Notes under the pieces: generated by a model | Seen by the model: only the letters and a program-made list of their open reading frames with translations | Database searches by the model: none | Told to the model about the DNA's origin: nothing | Shown here: in pieces, positions 61,701 to 64,000 of the stretch | Numbering within the stretch: the stretch's first letter is position 1 | Layout of the letters: the number at the start of each line of letters is the position of its first letter | Source: Phoronis australis | Taxonomy: Eukaryota; Animalia; Phoronida | Length of the DNA stretch: 64,000 bases | Assembly (NCBI GenBank): GCA_002633005.1 | Contig: NMRA01000216.1 | Coordinates: 198,772-262,771 of the forward strand | Reading direction: 5' to 3' | Translations under genes and position numbers: made by a program

Positions 61701-62968
61701 ACTCCAGCTGTCATTAACATGTTAATAGGCGGATCCAGGGAAGAGTCAAGGAGATCCGGACTCTCCCTTTTCCCCTTGAATTTAGTGGTCTCATATCTAG
61801 AATTTTGAAATTGTTGACTTGGACACCAAAAATCCTTGATTCAACCCCCTTTTAAAAAACCCTGGATCCTCCTCATATTTTAAGTAACAGAGGCGGAATT
61901 TTCGGAATTTAGCGGCTCACAATTGGAAGCCTTATTTTAAATATCCATTTGTTTTCTAAACATACGTTTAGCGTCGGTGCAATTAATAACACTTCGGAAA
62001 TTTAACGATAAGTATCCAGACATATTGCATTATCGTCTGCAATGGCAGCTTGCGAAGGTTTAATCATTTCAGTCCATTAAACACTTCACTAGTGGCGACG
62101 GAGCAATTTTGTTTGTGGATAGGAGCTAGAAGTTTGAACCCAGATTTTGTAACGTGTTAATTTTAGAAAACATGATATGATAAAAAAGAAAGATGGCAGC
62201 AATTTTTACCGCGTTTAACGAAAACACGTCTGTGAAAAGCGTGTTTTCAATATTATGTAATTATTTCTTCAAGAGCAACGTTATTCTTTTCAAAAGATAT
62301 TTATTATACAATCGTCACCACAGCACTTCACTGAGATGTTGCATAATGAATGTCGTTTACAACTATTGCAGAAATCACGGAATTTAAATTGATGTATCAA
62401 ATCAATGGAACTCAGTGTTTCAGGTAGGAAATTGCAAATGCACTTGTTTACGGTTGCTATGTATGAGATATTTCTCCTGTTAATAGTAATTTTTCCGAAT
62501 AGATCATGGGGGTAGCTATTAATATTCTTGTTGCAGTAGCCACTATAACGTACGTTGAAATAAAATACAGGTAATTAAGAGTCATGAGATCTCTTTGAAG
62601 TAATCGTACCTGTATCCGCTACTAGTTTTTCCTGGTTGAGATGGCGCATTGTCATCGACTACTTCATCTGATGCGCTGTCAACACTGCCCGAAGTACACA
62701 CGCGGTCGTAGTCCTGGCAACAGGTTAGGCGCCCGAGACAACTTTGATCGCACGTACACCTCAGATTCGATATGGGTAAATGTACTTTTTCTCGACATCT
62801 TCCTTGGCACGAACCGTGTCCAAGGAGTGCTTGCCTTGTGTTGTTCATTTCCTTTTCTCCATCAAACTGACATTTCTGCGACTGTCGGACACGGCCTGTC
62901 TTGCAATCGAGAGGCAAAGAAATTGCGGACACTACGACTAGCAATAAGAAGAAAATTTTAAGCGACAT
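58779..62968 (-). CDS. Class B-like (adhesion/Methuselah-like, 7tm_2) GPCR with N-terminal somatomedin B domain, ~1013 aa; exons 62968-62610 and 61461-58779
   Basis: Signal peptide; SMB cysteine pattern GSCQGRC..CTCDQSCLGRLTCCQDYDRVC; phase-2 intron (TACAG/gtacga ... ttgcag/G) joins in frame to the 892-aa ORF with YRNAFCAICN, LRNLPG, HYLLLASFFWTNVMAFD, AWGCP, CWI, MGFTW and FNSSQGLFIF. Confidence 0.92.
61726..61872. mobile_element. Short GGCGGATCCAGG-type MITE in the GPCR intron
   Basis: taggcggatccaggg ... ccctggatcctcct. Confidence 0.55.
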
Positions 62969-64000
62969 TGTCTCACGTTCCTATCCCATTTCAAAATGTC
63001 ATCTCCGTGGGCTTTGGTTGATGCGATAAAACTGAGCGATGTCGTGGATACAGGACAGGTGGCAGCTACTGATTATGACTAAAAGGCCCATTTCCGAGTT
63101 TACTCGAACAATCCATGTTGAGGGGCCGTATTGTTGAGCTCATCTTAGAATTTATGGTGGCTTAAACACACACGTAGTGTTTTGAATTAGGTCATAAAAC
63201 ATGTTCAAACCAAAAAGATAAAATTGCCACGTTTAGCATGCGTGCTGGTCAAAAGCGGTTGCTCTTCAATGTTCGGACTATTTATTTATTTATTATTGTA
63301 ATATTTACAATGAGGGTAGCCCCATCAGTTCTTACTGCTTTCCATGGGGGGGCCTCAGATTGTACGCATAGGTATAAAAACAAGCAACCGTCAACAAAAA
63401 TAAAAATAAAAATAAAAAACGACGAATCATAAGACGCGTAAAATGTAAACTTAAACACTTCTGTAAACTCACTGTAATAGAAGATACTTTCTACAAAAAC
63501 AATTAGGTCACGCTCACCAACGTTGCGAAGTTCCATGAGCACAAAGCAAATAAGGCAGAAGGCAGTGGTGATGTGTTCTGGGAGATGTTTCATTCAGTTG
63601 AGAGTGTTATTGGCATGGAGCCACAAATCACAAAGGACCCTGGGCGGAATTTTTATACCGCTGTGTGCAACAGTTAAAACTGGTACACAATGCAGTATGT
63701 CCACGATTCCAAACAATTTTTTTATAAAAAGAAGCATAGAACGCAAAAACGGACAAAATTGCAATATTTAAAGGCGTAGGCAACCTTTTTCCATGTCATG
63801 TGAGCTAAACTAAGGTTGGTTGGTTATCCTAGACATATTTTCCACTTAATTACAGCTTTTCGTAATTTTATAAATTACTCGTCCGCTACTCCGGAAGTGA
63901 CGTTTTAGGAGGCAAGCGTTTCCCGCCACTTGGTTTTGCGTTGACTTTACCGTGCGAATCTGTTCTATTCTACTTTTGTTTTGTGCTGTTTTTCAACAAT

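Overview
AT-rich, intron-rich animal (probably marine invertebrate) genomic DNA, not prokaryotic, so most entries in the ORF track are spurious and the real genes are spliced. Six gene models can be rebuilt with GT-AG junctions and consistent frames: CTDNEP1/Dullard (+, first coding exon off-window), a 4-exon FABP (+), DYNLT1/Tctex-1 (+) with two tandem paralogous terminal exons, an alpha/beta-hydrolase with fungal/bacterial-like motifs (-), an unrecognised 102-aa type I membrane microprotein (+), and a ~1013-aa somatomedin-B/class-B-like 7TM receptor (-). Introns and intergenic DNA hold many mobile elements: a nested complex at 20365-27229 (TTAA-flanked MITE > TA-flanked 6.5 kb TIR element > RTE LINE fragment, SINE head, microsatellite, internal duplication), a 670-bp near-perfect palindromic element with an 8-bp TSD, hAT transposase and CR1/L2 RT relics, and tRNA-derived SINE heads. 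All homology statements come from recognition of motifs, not from database searches.
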